A stretch of 64,000 nt of DNA from positions 106,201 through 170,200 of the IMG/VR virus record IMGVR_UViG_3300025436_000002, one strand, 5' to 3'. How positions within the stretch are numbered: position 1 is the stretch's first letter; each line of letters begins with the position of its first letter. The position numbers and the translations under genes were made by a program. The notes beneath the pieces are model-generated. The model did not search any database. It was given only the letters and a program-made list of their open reading frames with translations, and was not told the origin of the DNA. Source of the stretch: a virus. This document shows positions 18,961-27,247 of this stretch, in pieces.

Positions 18961-19679
18961 AAAGATGGACTAAAGAAGAAACAGGATTGCTTAAACAAAA
19001 CATGGATGCTACACTGTTAAATTTAAAACAACTACTACCTGACAGAACCGAAGACATGATTATTGAGAAAATTAAAGTGCTCTATCGTCAAGTTGCCTTT
19101 GATAGATGGAACGAAGACGAGTTAAACATCATTAGAGCCAATCCTAATAGATCAGTATTTGAACTACTCAAGCTATTGCCTAATAGAACTTTTAGTGCTA
19201 TTGTGTCAAAGAGGGCTGAGATACGTGGAACTATGGGAGTATCCCGAGATAACAGAGTTGCATGGAGTACTGAAGATATATCTCAATTAAAATATCTCAA
19301 ATCAGAAGGTTACACGAATTACGAGATAGCCTTAACTTTAGGTAGACCTTTAAATTCAGTCATTGGAAGATTATCTACTGAGAGTCTGATGACTCGAAAA
19401 TCAAGGGGACATGCTTGGACACCTAAAGAACTTGAACTTGTACGGGAGAAGGTGGCTGGGAAAGTATCTATCGAAGCTATAGGTAGAGAGTTAAATTTAC
19501 CAACTAATAAAGTCTTCCAGAAAGCAATACACCTAGGATTTAGATCAGCTGAGATAGTAACAGCTAGTAGTCATACTCGTAAAGAGGCTTCAGTCCTTAG
19601 AGAACAGATAAAAGAACTAACCCGTAGAATAAAGATACAGGATAAGACTATAATTAAATTATCTAAAAAACAGGTTTAG
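18957..19679 (+). CDS. Myb/SANT-like HTH repeat DNA-binding protein
   Basis: Four W[TNS]xxE/D..LL repeats with LPxRT / IA..LGR helices. Confidence 0.7.
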   Translation: MKRWTKEETGLLKQNMDATLLNLKQLLPDRTEDMIIEKIKVLYRQVAFDRWNEDELNIIRANPNRSVFELLKLLPNRTFSAIVSKRAEIRGTMGVSRDNRVAWSTEDISQLKYLKSEGYTNYEIALTLGRPLNSVIGRLSTESLMTRKSRGHAWTPKELELVREKVAGKVSIEAIGRELNLPTNKVFQKAIHLGFRSAEIVTASSHTRKEASVLREQIKELTRRIKIQDKTIIKLSKKQV

Positions 19680-19745
19680 GTATTGACATTTAAGATAACA
19701 TCCTTTATACCGTGAGTATGTAGTAGACGATTAAGGAGATAAACC

Positions 19746-20126
19746 ATGAAATGTGAATTTTGTCATATACCTTTAGCTAACGAACCAACCCTTCAAGAGT
19801 ATTTCTACCAAAAGAAGAGAGAGTTCGTTCCAACTCTTCCGACTCTATTTGATGAGTGCCAAATAGAGATAGAACAAAAGTGTATTTGTCCTAAGTGTTT
19901 TATGGCAGGTAGAATCCAACCTGAAGATATATTTATTCAGACTTTTGGATTTGCCCAAAGTGACGTTACCTATGAGTCTATAAAAGAAAAAGTACTTACA
20001 GAAGTTAAGGATAGAATTAAATCAATGGGAGAAACTCAAAAACTTTTAAAGAGAGAGATTGACATATATAAAAAATATCTAATTCCTAAGAAAGAGAAGA
20101 AGACTAAGAAGGTAAAAGGTGTTTAA
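19746..20126 (+). CDS. Zn-binding hypothetical protein
   Basis: CEFC...CPKC; AAGGAG RBS; upstream TTGACA at 19683. Confidence 0.7.
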   Translation: MKCEFCHIPLANEPTLQEYFYQKKREFVPTLPTLFDECQIEIEQKCICPKCFMAGRIQPEDIFIQTFGFAQSDVTYESIKEKVLTEVKDRIKSMGETQKLLKREIDIYKKYLIPKKEKKTKKVKGV

Positions 20127-20358
20127 TGTGGAAGATTTCACAGCTAGGCAGGTATACGAAATAGCTTATAAACTACGAAGGCTTCCAGAGTGTACTGAGA
20201 AAATGCTTGATAGAAAAATAAAACCTTCAAAGCTTAACTCATGTAAGTGTGTAGTTTGTGATGTTATATTTATGTATACATCTGATCGAAAAAAGACTTG
20301 CTCAGTTAAACGTGGGGACGTATATACTGAAAGATTAGAGTCTGGGTTTTATGGATAG
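20119..20358 (+). CDS. Hypothetical protein (CxxC)
   Basis: Coupled ORF. Confidence 0.6.
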   Translation: MFNVEDFTARQVYEIAYKLRRLPECTEKMLDRKIKPSKLNSCKCVVCDVIFMYTSDRKKTCSVKRGDVYTERLESGFYG

Positions 20359-20584
20359 AGAGTACGTTGCTCTATCCGTAGGAAAGGAATATGGAACTAT
20401 ATCTTTGAAGTTCTTCTTTAAGGATGGAAGGCTTTATCATGAGACTAGGGCAGGCTCTACTCAGATGAGTCATCTTAGAACTTTAAGAGGTTTGCGTAAC
20501 GCATATAAAGGTGCATTGTATGTAGAAATAGTGACTGGCAAAGAAGTTGCTAAGTACTTGATGTTAGAGGAACTTAAGAAATGA
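20351..20584 (+). CDS. C-terminal-tag family small protein
   Basis: MDREYVALSV...; ends VAKYLMLEELKK*. Confidence 0.85.
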   Translation: MDREYVALSVGKEYGTISLKFFFKDGRLYHETRAGSTQMSHLRTLRGLRNAYKGALYVEIVTGKEVAKYLMLEELKK

Positions 20585-20817
20585 TAAAAGAGTATGTAGC
20601 ACTTTCCGTAGACAAAACTTGTAATTTTATCAATCTAAAATATTTTTTTAAGGACGGAGTTCTCTATTGCGAAACATATAAAAAGTACAGCATGATGATT
20701 AGTCAACATAAATCTTTGGAAGAACTTATTGAGGGGTTTACACACTCTAAATCAAATAAACTCATAGTGGGTAGGGAAATGGGTAAGTATCTTATGATAC
20801 TAGAGTTAATGAAATAA
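20581..20817 (+). CDS. C-terminal-tag family small protein (tandem paralogue of 20351)
   Basis: MIKEYVALSV...LKYFFKDG; ends MGKYLMILELMK*. Confidence 0.85.
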   Translation: MIKEYVALSVDKTCNFINLKYFFKDGVLYCETYKKYSMMISQHKSLEELIEGFTHSKSNKLIVGREMGKYLMILELMK

Positions 20818-20827
20818 GGAGATAAAC

Positions 20828-22000
20828 ATGGGAACTGAAATTAAAAGATCATTGGCAAGTATACAAGAGATACTAGACATTCAACCTATATACGGTGCTG
20901 ACATGATAGAAGTAGCAACAGTACTCGGCTGGAATGTTGTAGTAAAGAAAGGAGAGTTTAAAGTCTCTGACAAAGTTGCATACTTTGAAATAGACTCATG
21001 GATTCCAAATAGGGTTGCTCCCTTCCTTACAAAAGAGGGTAAAGAACCCAGTGTATACGAAAATACTAGAGGAGAGAGACTCAGGACTATTAAACTACGC
21101 AAACAGATAAGTCAAGGCTTGATACTCCCATTAGCAAATGTAGGAATGTTTGAACCTATAATAGGTGAGAAGTTACAAGTAGGTTTAGATATAACAGATA
21201 AACTTGGAATTAAACTCTATGAGAAAGAAGTAAAGACTTTCGTAGGAGGAGTCGCTGTAAGCACGGGTAAGTCGTTCCCTTCATTCATACCTAAGACCGA
21301 TCAAGCTCGTGTACAAAACATTTATAATAAATACTCAGAATCCTATGCTGAAGAGACCTTTGAAGAGAGCTTAAAAATGGATGGAAGTTCATGCACAATC
21401 TACTATAAAAGTGGAGTATTCGGAGTTTGTAGCAGAAATGTAGACTTAGAAGATCCAGATAGAGTTATCCCCGTAAGTAAGTTTAAAATATTTCTTAATA
21501 AAATACTTCCTTTCATCTTTAAAAAACCAGTTCAATTTAAAGTAGCTCCTAATAATTTCTGGAAAATAGCTAAGGAAGAAAGACTTCATGAAATACTTCC
21601 TCAAATTTGTAATATGGCTGGAGAAGACTATGCTATCCAAGGGGAACTTGTCGGAGACGGTATAAATGGGAATAGAGATAAGTTTAAAGGTCACTTCCTG
21701 TATGTCTTTGATATCTTTAATATAACTACTGGAAAGTACATGCTCCCAGCTGAACGAAGATCTCTTATAAATAATCTAAATATCACTTTTGGATGTACTC
21801 TAAAACATGTTCCTATAACAAACGAGTCCATTCAACCCTTTAAATTCTCCCTAAACGGGTTATTAATTGAGGCAGGAGGTTCTGCACTAAATACTAAAAA
21901 TAGGGAGGGAGTTGTTTACAAATCCAATAGATATATCGATGGAAATATCTTCTCTTTTAAAGTTATAAATAATAAGTACTTGCTTGAGGAGGAGGATTAA
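20828..22000 (+). CDS. RNA ligase, DRB0094 (Rnl2-like) family
   Basis: N-terminal LASIQ.I..I.PI.GAD.IE...GW.VVVKKGEF...YFEIDS; adenylation motif KMDGSS; QGELVG, YVFDI, REGVVYK, SFKVIN. Confidence 0.92.
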   Translation: MGTEIKRSLASIQEILDIQPIYGADMIEVATVLGWNVVVKKGEFKVSDKVAYFEIDSWIPNRVAPFLTKEGKEPSVYENTRGERLRTIKLRKQISQGLILPLANVGMFEPIIGEKLQVGLDITDKLGIKLYEKEVKTFVGGVAVSTGKSFPSFIPKTDQARVQNIYNKYSESYAEETFEESLKMDGSSCTIYYKSGVFGVCSRNVDLEDPDRVIPVSKFKIFLNKILPFIFKKPVQFKVAPNNFWKIAKEERLHEILPQICNMAGEDYAIQGELVGDGINGNRDKFKGHFLYVFDIFNITTGKYMLPAERRSLINNLNITFGCTLKHVPITNESIQPFKFSLNGLLIEAGGSALNTKNREGVVYKSNRYIDGNIFSFKVINNKYLLEEED

Positions 22001-22001
22001 C

Positions 22002-22244
22002 ATGGGTATCCTTAAAATAATTAAGAATTGGTTATTTCCTATTAAGAAAGTTAAAGTTTATAATAATACGTATACTATGTCTACATCCATGGCTAAAAGA
22101 CTTGACTTTAGAGGCATGCCTATAATGACATGTCATGTGTGCGGTAAAAAAACATATGAACATAACACAAAAACTTGGCTGAGGTACTGTTGGCAATGTG
22201 AAACTCAGCATGTAAAATATGATACCATGTCTAGATGGTGGTAA
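22002..22244 (+). CDS. Small Zn-finger hypothetical protein
   Basis: GGAGG RBS; CHVC...CWQC. Confidence 0.6.
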   Translation: MGILKIIKNWLFPIKKVKVYNNTYTMSTSMAKRLDFRGMPIMTCHVCGKKTYEHNTKTWLRYCWQCETQHVKYDTMSRWW

Positions 22245-22265
22245 GCAGTTGACAAACTTATAGAC

Positions 22266-22898
22266 ATGTGTCATAATGTATTCAAAGGAGATAGCTACTT
22301 GAAATTTAATATAATAACGGCAGATTGTCCATGGACATACTCTAATAAAAAGAATAACAATCCTAAAATGGGAGGCATTACTTATGATGTTATGAGTAAT
22401 GAAGATATTTGTAAAATTCCCGTAGGAGATCTAGCTGACAAAGATTGTCTTTTATTCATGTGGGCTACCATGCCTAAACTTCCAGAAGCTCTTGAAGTCA
22501 TGAAGGCTTGGGGTTTCAAGTATACAACTTGTCCAATCGTGTGGGTTAAGCTAAACCCTAAAGGTTCTATAACTAAGGACGGCAAAGATATAACTCTAGT
22601 TCGGGGGGTGTATAGTGGGATGGGACACTACACTAATGGAAATGCAGAAATACTGCTCATGGGTAAAAAAGGAACTCCTAAAAGATTCGAGAAGAATGTT
22701 AAACAGATTCAACTCCATGCTCGGGGGAAACATTCTGAAAAACCAAATGAAGTGTATGATGAAATTGTAAGATTTGCAGGGGACTTACCTCGAGTAGAAC
22801 TCTTTGCTAGGAAAGGTAGGGTAGGTTGGACGGCTCTTGGGGGAGACATTTCTGGAAACGACATAACTGAGGATATAAAGAGGATTATAAAAATATGA
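22266..22898 (+). CDS. MT-A70 family adenine methyltransferase (likely start TTG 22299)
   Basis: IITADCPW, LFMWAT, WGFKY, WVK, HSEKP, RVELFAR motifs. Confidence 0.9.
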   Translation: MCHNVFKGDSYLKFNIITADCPWTYSNKKNNNPKMGGITYDVMSNEDICKIPVGDLADKDCLLFMWATMPKLPEALEVMKAWGFKYTTCPIVWVKLNPKGSITKDGKDITLVRGVYSGMGHYTNGNAEILLMGKKGTPKRFEKNVKQIQLHARGKHSEKPNEVYDEIVRFAGDLPRVELFARKGRVGWTALGGDISGNDITEDIKRIIKI

Positions 22899-23248
22899 CA
22901 ATGATACAAAGAATGAGCATTGAACAACTTAGAAAAGAGCTAGATCTTATAGACCAGTCTATTCGGGATAAGGAACTGCAACGTAAGGAAGTAGATAAGG
23001 AACTCTACATGAAAGTGTACGGCTTTGAGGTTGGGGATATCGTAGTATATGAAGGTATTGAAGGCGTTATAGGTTTCGTATCTGAAGGTACTCGGGTATC
23101 CCCCGTACTCTATAAAAGGAATAAAAACGGAGAGTTCTCTAAAAAATACACTATCGTCTGTATATGTAATTGGGGTAATCGTAGGGATGATTCATTTAAA
23201 GTTATAGGCAAACAATTATCTCTCATAGGAGTAGATTATGGAAATTGA
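22895..23248 (+). CDS. Hypothetical protein (coiled coil + KOW/SH3-like)
   Basis: FEVGDIV; coupled ORF. Confidence 0.65.
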   Translation: MTMIQRMSIEQLRKELDLIDQSIRDKELQRKEVDKELYMKVYGFEVGDIVVYEGIEGVIGFVSEGTRVSPVLYKRNKNGEFSKKYTIVCICNWGNRRDDSFKVIGKQLSLIGVDYGN

Positions 23249-24194
23249 AACCTCCTCAAATTGTGGAATATATAAGATAACAAACCTACTGCCTGATGCT
23301 GAAACAGGCATTCTTAAAGTACATATTGGAAGTTCAATAGATTTACGTGGTAGGCGAAAATATCACTTTAGTAAATTGGACACCTGTAAACATAAGAATG
23401 CCTATCTACAAAATGCCTATAATAAGATTAAGGATAGCTACGGAGATGACAGAGTCAAAGAATATTTTAAATGGGAAATACTTGAGGAGATAGAAAGTAA
23501 CCCTTGTAAGTTAGAATTAAGGGAAACCATACTCTCCCTAGAACAATCTTACCTTGATAAATATATCTTGGAGGGCAGTCTAAATCTAGATCGAGATAGA
23601 TGTTATAACATGTGTCCTAACGCAAGTAATAGGCTAGGTCATATTGTCTCGGAAGAGACGAGATTAAAAATAGGTCTAAGTAGTCTTGGTAGAAAGTATC
23701 CTTTAAGACATAGAACTTACACCCCAGAGCATAGAAAGGCTATGAGTGATCTATTTAAGGGTAGAACGGTCAGTCCTGAGTGGAGGACTAAGATATCTAA
23801 AAGTCTCCTAGGTAGAAAACATTCTGAGGAGACTAAATTAAAAATGAGTTTAAATAACAGAAGTAAAGACACTGAAGTTCGAAATAAGATGAGTATGTCC
23901 GCTAAAAGAAATATGACGGAAGCTAAGAAGCAGTATTTAAGAGATATAAATGTGGGTAAAAAAGCTTCCGAAGAGGCTATTCTAAACATGAGACTATCTC
24001 ATAAAAATAAGAGGGGAGTTCTGAATCTAACAACTGGAGAATATTTCGAGAGTTTAGCTGATGCAGCTCGACATTACAATCTTAAACGACCCCACACTAT
24101 CTGTGAAGTATGTAAGAATAAGATTGGAAGGAAGACTTATGGGGGATTCAGATGGGCATACGCAGATATTTTAAAGGAGATTAACTATGGGTAA
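23238..24194 (+). CDS. GIY-YIG homing endonuclease with NUMOD3/NUMOD1 repeats
   Basis: GIYKITN...HIGSS; HSEETK repeats; C-terminal FESL.DAA...GGFRW.Y. Confidence 0.9.
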   Translation: MEIETSSNCGIYKITNLLPDAETGILKVHIGSSIDLRGRRKYHFSKLDTCKHKNAYLQNAYNKIKDSYGDDRVKEYFKWEILEEIESNPCKLELRETILSLEQSYLDKYILEGSLNLDRDRCYNMCPNASNRLGHIVSEETRLKIGLSSLGRKYPLRHRTYTPEHRKAMSDLFKGRTVSPEWRTKISKSLLGRKHSEETKLKMSLNNRSKDTEVRNKMSMSAKRNMTEAKKQYLRDINVGKKASEEAILNMRLSHKNKRGVLNLTTGEYFESLADAARHYNLKRPHTICEVCKNKIGRKTYGGFRWAYADILKEINYG

Positions 24195-24612
24195 GTGTGC
24201 AATTTTTGACATCGACATGACTATTATAGATTCGGCATGGGTGTGGAAATACTTAGCCGAATGTGGAACTTTTTCAAATGCGTATGACAAGTATGGAGAT
24301 CAAGATGTACCTATTCAGGGTACAATCGATTTAATTAAGAACTTAGACTTTTCGTGTGTAGAAATAATATTCCTTTCTGCAAGACCTGAAGAAGATAGAG
24401 CTAGGACTGAAAACTCCCTCAAAAAGCTATTCCCAAATATGATTTTTAATTTAATACTTGTGGGATATTCTGATGGGATAGCTGAAAGAAAAGAAACTGT
24501 ACTAAAAGACATCCAAGCTAACAAAGATATCATGTTCTTTATAGATGATGATAGAGAGAATTGTATTAGGGCAAATAGACTTGGAATAACTACATTTAAT
24601 ATATTAACATAA
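24187..24612 (+). CDS. HAD-family polynucleotide 3'-phosphatase-like protein
   Basis: AIFDIDMT, LSARPE, FFIDDD motifs (PseT phosphatase-like). Confidence 0.8.
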   Translation: MGKCAIFDIDMTIIDSAWVWKYLAECGTFSNAYDKYGDQDVPIQGTIDLIKNLDFSCVEIIFLSARPEEDRARTENSLKKLFPNMIFNLILVGYSDGIAERKETVLKDIQANKDIMFFIDDDRENCIRANRLGITTFNILT

Positions 24613-24614
24613 AA

Positions 24615-24677
24615 CGTAACATTAACTTAATAAACTATAGAAACAGACTTGTAATTGAGTCTGTTTTGTGTTATATT
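24615..24677 (+). promoter_or_regulatory. sigma70-like promoter in hairpin, with upstream box
   Basis: CGTAA-N8-TAATA at 24615; TTGTAA(24649)-N17-TATATT; IR aaacagact/agtctgttt. Confidence 0.7.
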
Positions 24678-24705
24678 GATAACGTAGGTTATATGAGGAC
24701 ACGTT

Positions 24706-24981
24706 TTGGGTATTCGTGATAGAGAAAATTTAATAGCTATTTGGGTTTGCTTAGAGGGTGAAGAAAAATATTTGGGAAGGTATATTAAATTTTTTCAGAC
24801 TGGAAATATAATCTACATGGGTGAGAGTAACCTACGCTCTGAGAGTACTAAGCTCCAGAGAACATCTTGGAAAAATAAAGAGACTTTACAAGACTGCTTA
24901 GGTGCCATGGAAGACTTTAAACTTATAGTAGATCACGGAACTTTAAATAGGTATTTGATGGTGGAGGAACTGGGAAGGTGA
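24706..24981 (+). CDS. C-terminal-tag family small protein
   Basis: Ends LNRYLMVEELGR*. Confidence 0.85.
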   Translation: MGIRDRENLIAIWVCLEGEEKYLGRYIKFFQTGNIIYMGESNLRSESTKLQRTSWKNKETLQDCLGAMEDFKLIVDHGTLNRYLMVEELGR

Positions 24982-25133
24982 ATGTAGATGTTAGAAGAGT
25001 CCTAGACGTTGTTCGATGTGAATTTGACGTAACTACCCATGAGTTTAGTTCCGAGTTCATGGATATATATAACTCATTAGTTAATCTTTCGGATGAGGAA
25101 TTGGATAGACTTTACGAGCTGTCAAATGACTAG
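24978..25133 (+). CDS. 51-aa ORF with degenerate tag
   Basis: GTGA-coupled; ends LDRLYELSND*; fills the gap in the array. Confidence 0.55.
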   Translation: MNVDVRRVLDVVRCEFDVTTHEFSSEFMDIYNSLVNLSDEELDRLYELSND

Positions 25134-25371
25134 AGACTATATAGCTATGATAATATTCTCAAAAAGTAATGAACCTGCTATAGGATATTTCTGGGGAATG
25201 GGCTGTCTACATCATGAGTACTTTATATATCGAGACAATGAACCTATGGTAGGAGTAGTTAACTTTAAGTTGGAGAACATACGTGAAGCATGTACGGATA
25301 GTCTTACTCTATATATGTTAGAAGGAAAAGAATTAGTTAAATACTCAATGACTAGAGAATTATTGAAATAA
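25126..25371 (+). CDS. C-terminal-tag family small protein
   Basis: Likely start MTRDYIAM; ends LVKYSMTRELLK*. Confidence 0.85.
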   Translation: MTRDYIAMIIFSKSNEPAIGYFWGMGCLHHEYFIYRDNEPMVGVVNFKLENIREACTDSLTLYMLEGKELVKYSMTRELLK

Positions 25372-25381
25372 GGAGAAAAAC

Positions 25382-25576
25382 ATGAAAGAACCTAAAGGGC
25401 TTGCACACTTGAGTGATAACTTAGAGAAGTTAAGGAATAGAATTATAGACCTTGCTAATCTTGAACAGAAGGCTATCAATGCACAGGATGTTAGACTCTT
25501 AAATGAAGTTGTTGAGAAACAAAATAGAATATATCTTGAGCTTGCTAAGACAAAACCTTTCCATATTGAGGAGTAG
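25382..25576 (+). CDS. Small coiled-coil protein
   Basis: AGGAG RBS. Confidence 0.65.
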   Translation: MKEPKGLAHLSDNLEKLRNRIIDLANLEQKAINAQDVRLLNEVVEKQNRIYLELAKTKPFHIEE

Positions 25577-25578
25577 CC

Positions 25579-25857
25579 ATGGATGAGACTAAGTATATCT
25601 TATTGGCTCTTTATGAAGATTATCTGGGAGAGACTTTCTATGAGAAGTATTACAAAACTTCTGGAGGAAGTATTGTCTTTTACAGCGTTGGGAAGAATAA
25701 CAGTTTTAGAGGTATTACTAAACTGCGTTCTTTAAAGTGGCTTATAAGACGTTTATCTAAAAGACAGTCTGTGAAAAATCATTGTACTCTTGTAAGATAT
25801 ACTATCGACCCTGGAGAGATAAGTAAGTTTTTAATGGTGGAGGAGCTGTTGAAATGA
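25579..25857 (+). CDS. C-terminal-tag family small protein
   Basis: Ends ISKFLMVEELLK*; shares SLKWLI.R with next gene. Confidence 0.85.
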   Translation: MDETKYILLALYEDYLGETFYEKYYKTSGGSIVFYSVGKNNSFRGITKLRSLKWLIRRLSKRQSVKNHCTLVRYTIDPGEISKFLMVEELLK

Positions 25858-26129
25858 TAAATAATAGAATAATACTTATAGTTATTTATGAGTCTGACTC
25901 TGATGTGATGAACTGTACTCAAATGTACTTTAGAGGAGATCGTGGCAAGGTATGTGGACGGGAGTATTATCATGGATCTCGGGATTATTTTGAATTTAAC
26001 ACGGGGCTATCCTCCCTCAAATGGTTGATAAAACGTATTAAAAAACAGTCTCTGTTGTTCAGTGAAACTATAATACAAGAACCACATAAGATAAATAAAT
26101 TTTTAATGACACAGGAGTTACTTAGATGA
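25854..26129 (+). CDS. C-terminal-tag family small protein
   Basis: Ends INKFLMTQELLR*. Confidence 0.85.
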   Translation: MINNRIILIVIYESDSDVMNCTQMYFRGDRGKVCGREYYHGSRDYFEFNTGLSSLKWLIKRIKKQSLLFSETIIQEPHKINKFLMTQELLR

Positions 26130-26395
26130 ATAGAGAATATATATCAGTCAGTTACTACCGTAGACGAAATGATTTAAAATATATAATTAAGATATATTTC
26201 TATTACGAAGGAATTATCTCCTACACGTATAATGATAATGTATACTCCACAGGTCGTAAGTATTTTAAAGCTTTTATCAATAGCGAACAAAAAAGTATCT
26301 TGCAAAATAAATATACAATGGGGTTTGATAGAGGCTTCGTACATGGAGTACAAGAAGTTAATAAATGTTTAATGATGTTGGAGTTATTGAAATGA
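26126..26395 (+). CDS. C-terminal-tag family small protein
   Basis: Starts MNREYIS; ends VNKCLMMLELLK*. Confidence 0.85.
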   Translation: MNREYISVSYYRRRNDLKYIIKIYFYYEGIISYTYNDNVYSTGRKYFKAFINSEQKSILQNKYTMGFDRGFVHGVQEVNKCLMMLELLK

Positions 26396-26619
26396 GAAGA
26401 TTTAATAGAAAAGAAGATGCTCCTTTTGGCTCGTCATGGATAAGAGTTGCTGGGAAGTTTAAATCTGAGACAACTAAAGCTCTTGGATTTGAGTATAAAG
26501 ATTATGGAACAGTTTGGCTTCCTAAATCTAAAATGTACTGTATTGACAATGGCGTTACTGAGATAAACTACTATGTCCAAAAATGGTGTCTTGCTAATAG
26601 TAAAATTAAAATTGTATAA
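26392..26619 (+). CDS. Hypothetical protein
   Basis: ATGA-coupled; ET.KA...VWLPKS motif. Confidence 0.65.
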   Translation: MRRFNRKEDAPFGSSWIRVAGKFKSETTKALGFEYKDYGTVWLPKSKMYCIDNGVTEINYYVQKWCLANSKIKIV

Positions 26620-26627
26620 GGGAATCG

Positions 26628-26843
26628 ATGAAAAATATTGACATAGCAAAAACAATTGATGGTGAAGGTACTTACTATTTAGATAGATATAGAGGAGGCA
26701 CTGTTTGGTTAAGCTATAAAGACTTATCTGGTCTGGTGTCCGACTCTTTGGAACTTTTTTTAAAATACCATAACGCAATAACTCTCCTAATCTCCGAGAA
26801 AGAATTAAACAATTTACTCATGGCAGAGGAACTTGGTAAGTAA
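26628..26843 (+). CDS. C-terminal-tag family small protein
   Basis: Ends LNNLLMAEELGK*. Confidence 0.8.
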   Translation: MKNIDIAKTIDGEGTYYLDRYRGGTVWLSYKDLSGLVSDSLELFLKYHNAITLLISEKELNNLLMAEELGK

Positions 26844-26848
26844 AGTAA

Positions 26849-26900
26849 AGTAACAAACATTCATACATGACTTGAATTATTTCTAATCATGTAGTATACT
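26849..26900 (+). promoter_or_regulatory. sigma70-like promoter
   Basis: AGTAAC box at 26849; TTGAAT(26872)-N17-TATACT; IR tacatga/tcatgta. Confidence 0.6.
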
Positions 26901-26902
26901 CA

Positions 26903-27196
26903 ATGAGTAGGGTTTTATTTAAGGATATTGTTATGAAAAAAAGCGACACTTTTAAAACAGATGACATGGAATTGATGTTCTTAGCAGATTTAAAGTCTAG
27001 TATCTCATTTAATACATGTTTAAGTTATCGATCAAAGATTAATCCTCTATTTATTTATGATAACGCTCCAGCTAATATGGAGAAATTTGATACGCTTATA
27101 CAATTTGAAGCCGAAGAATATGTTTTAAACTATATACTATATCTATGCGAGAAGAGACTAGAGGATATTGAAAAATTATCCCTATCCCTACTTTAA
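26903..27196 (+). CDS. Hypothetical protein
   Basis: Clean ORF; true start probably the internal MKKSD. Confidence 0.6.
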   Translation: MSRVLFKDIVMKKSDTFKTDDMELMFLADLKSSISFNTCLSYRSKINPLFIYDNAPANMEKFDTLIQFEAEEYVLNYILYLCEKRLEDIEKLSLSLL

Positions 27197-27211
27197 GTTT
27201 AAAATAGATAA

Positions 27212-27222
27212 TTTATATTCTA
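27212..27222 (+). promoter_or_regulatory. Putative late promoter TTTATATTHTA
   Basis: TTTATATTCTA 36 nt before 27248. Confidence 0.7.
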
Positions 27223-27247
27223 TGTAGGTAAGATTTGGGAAAAGATT

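Noticed and set aside
90-26843. CRISPR array or attC-type integron interpretation of the recurring junction sequence
   Set aside because: Repeats are degenerate, coding and non-palindromic, and are separated by whole ORFs of variable length; no cas or integrase gene is in the window.
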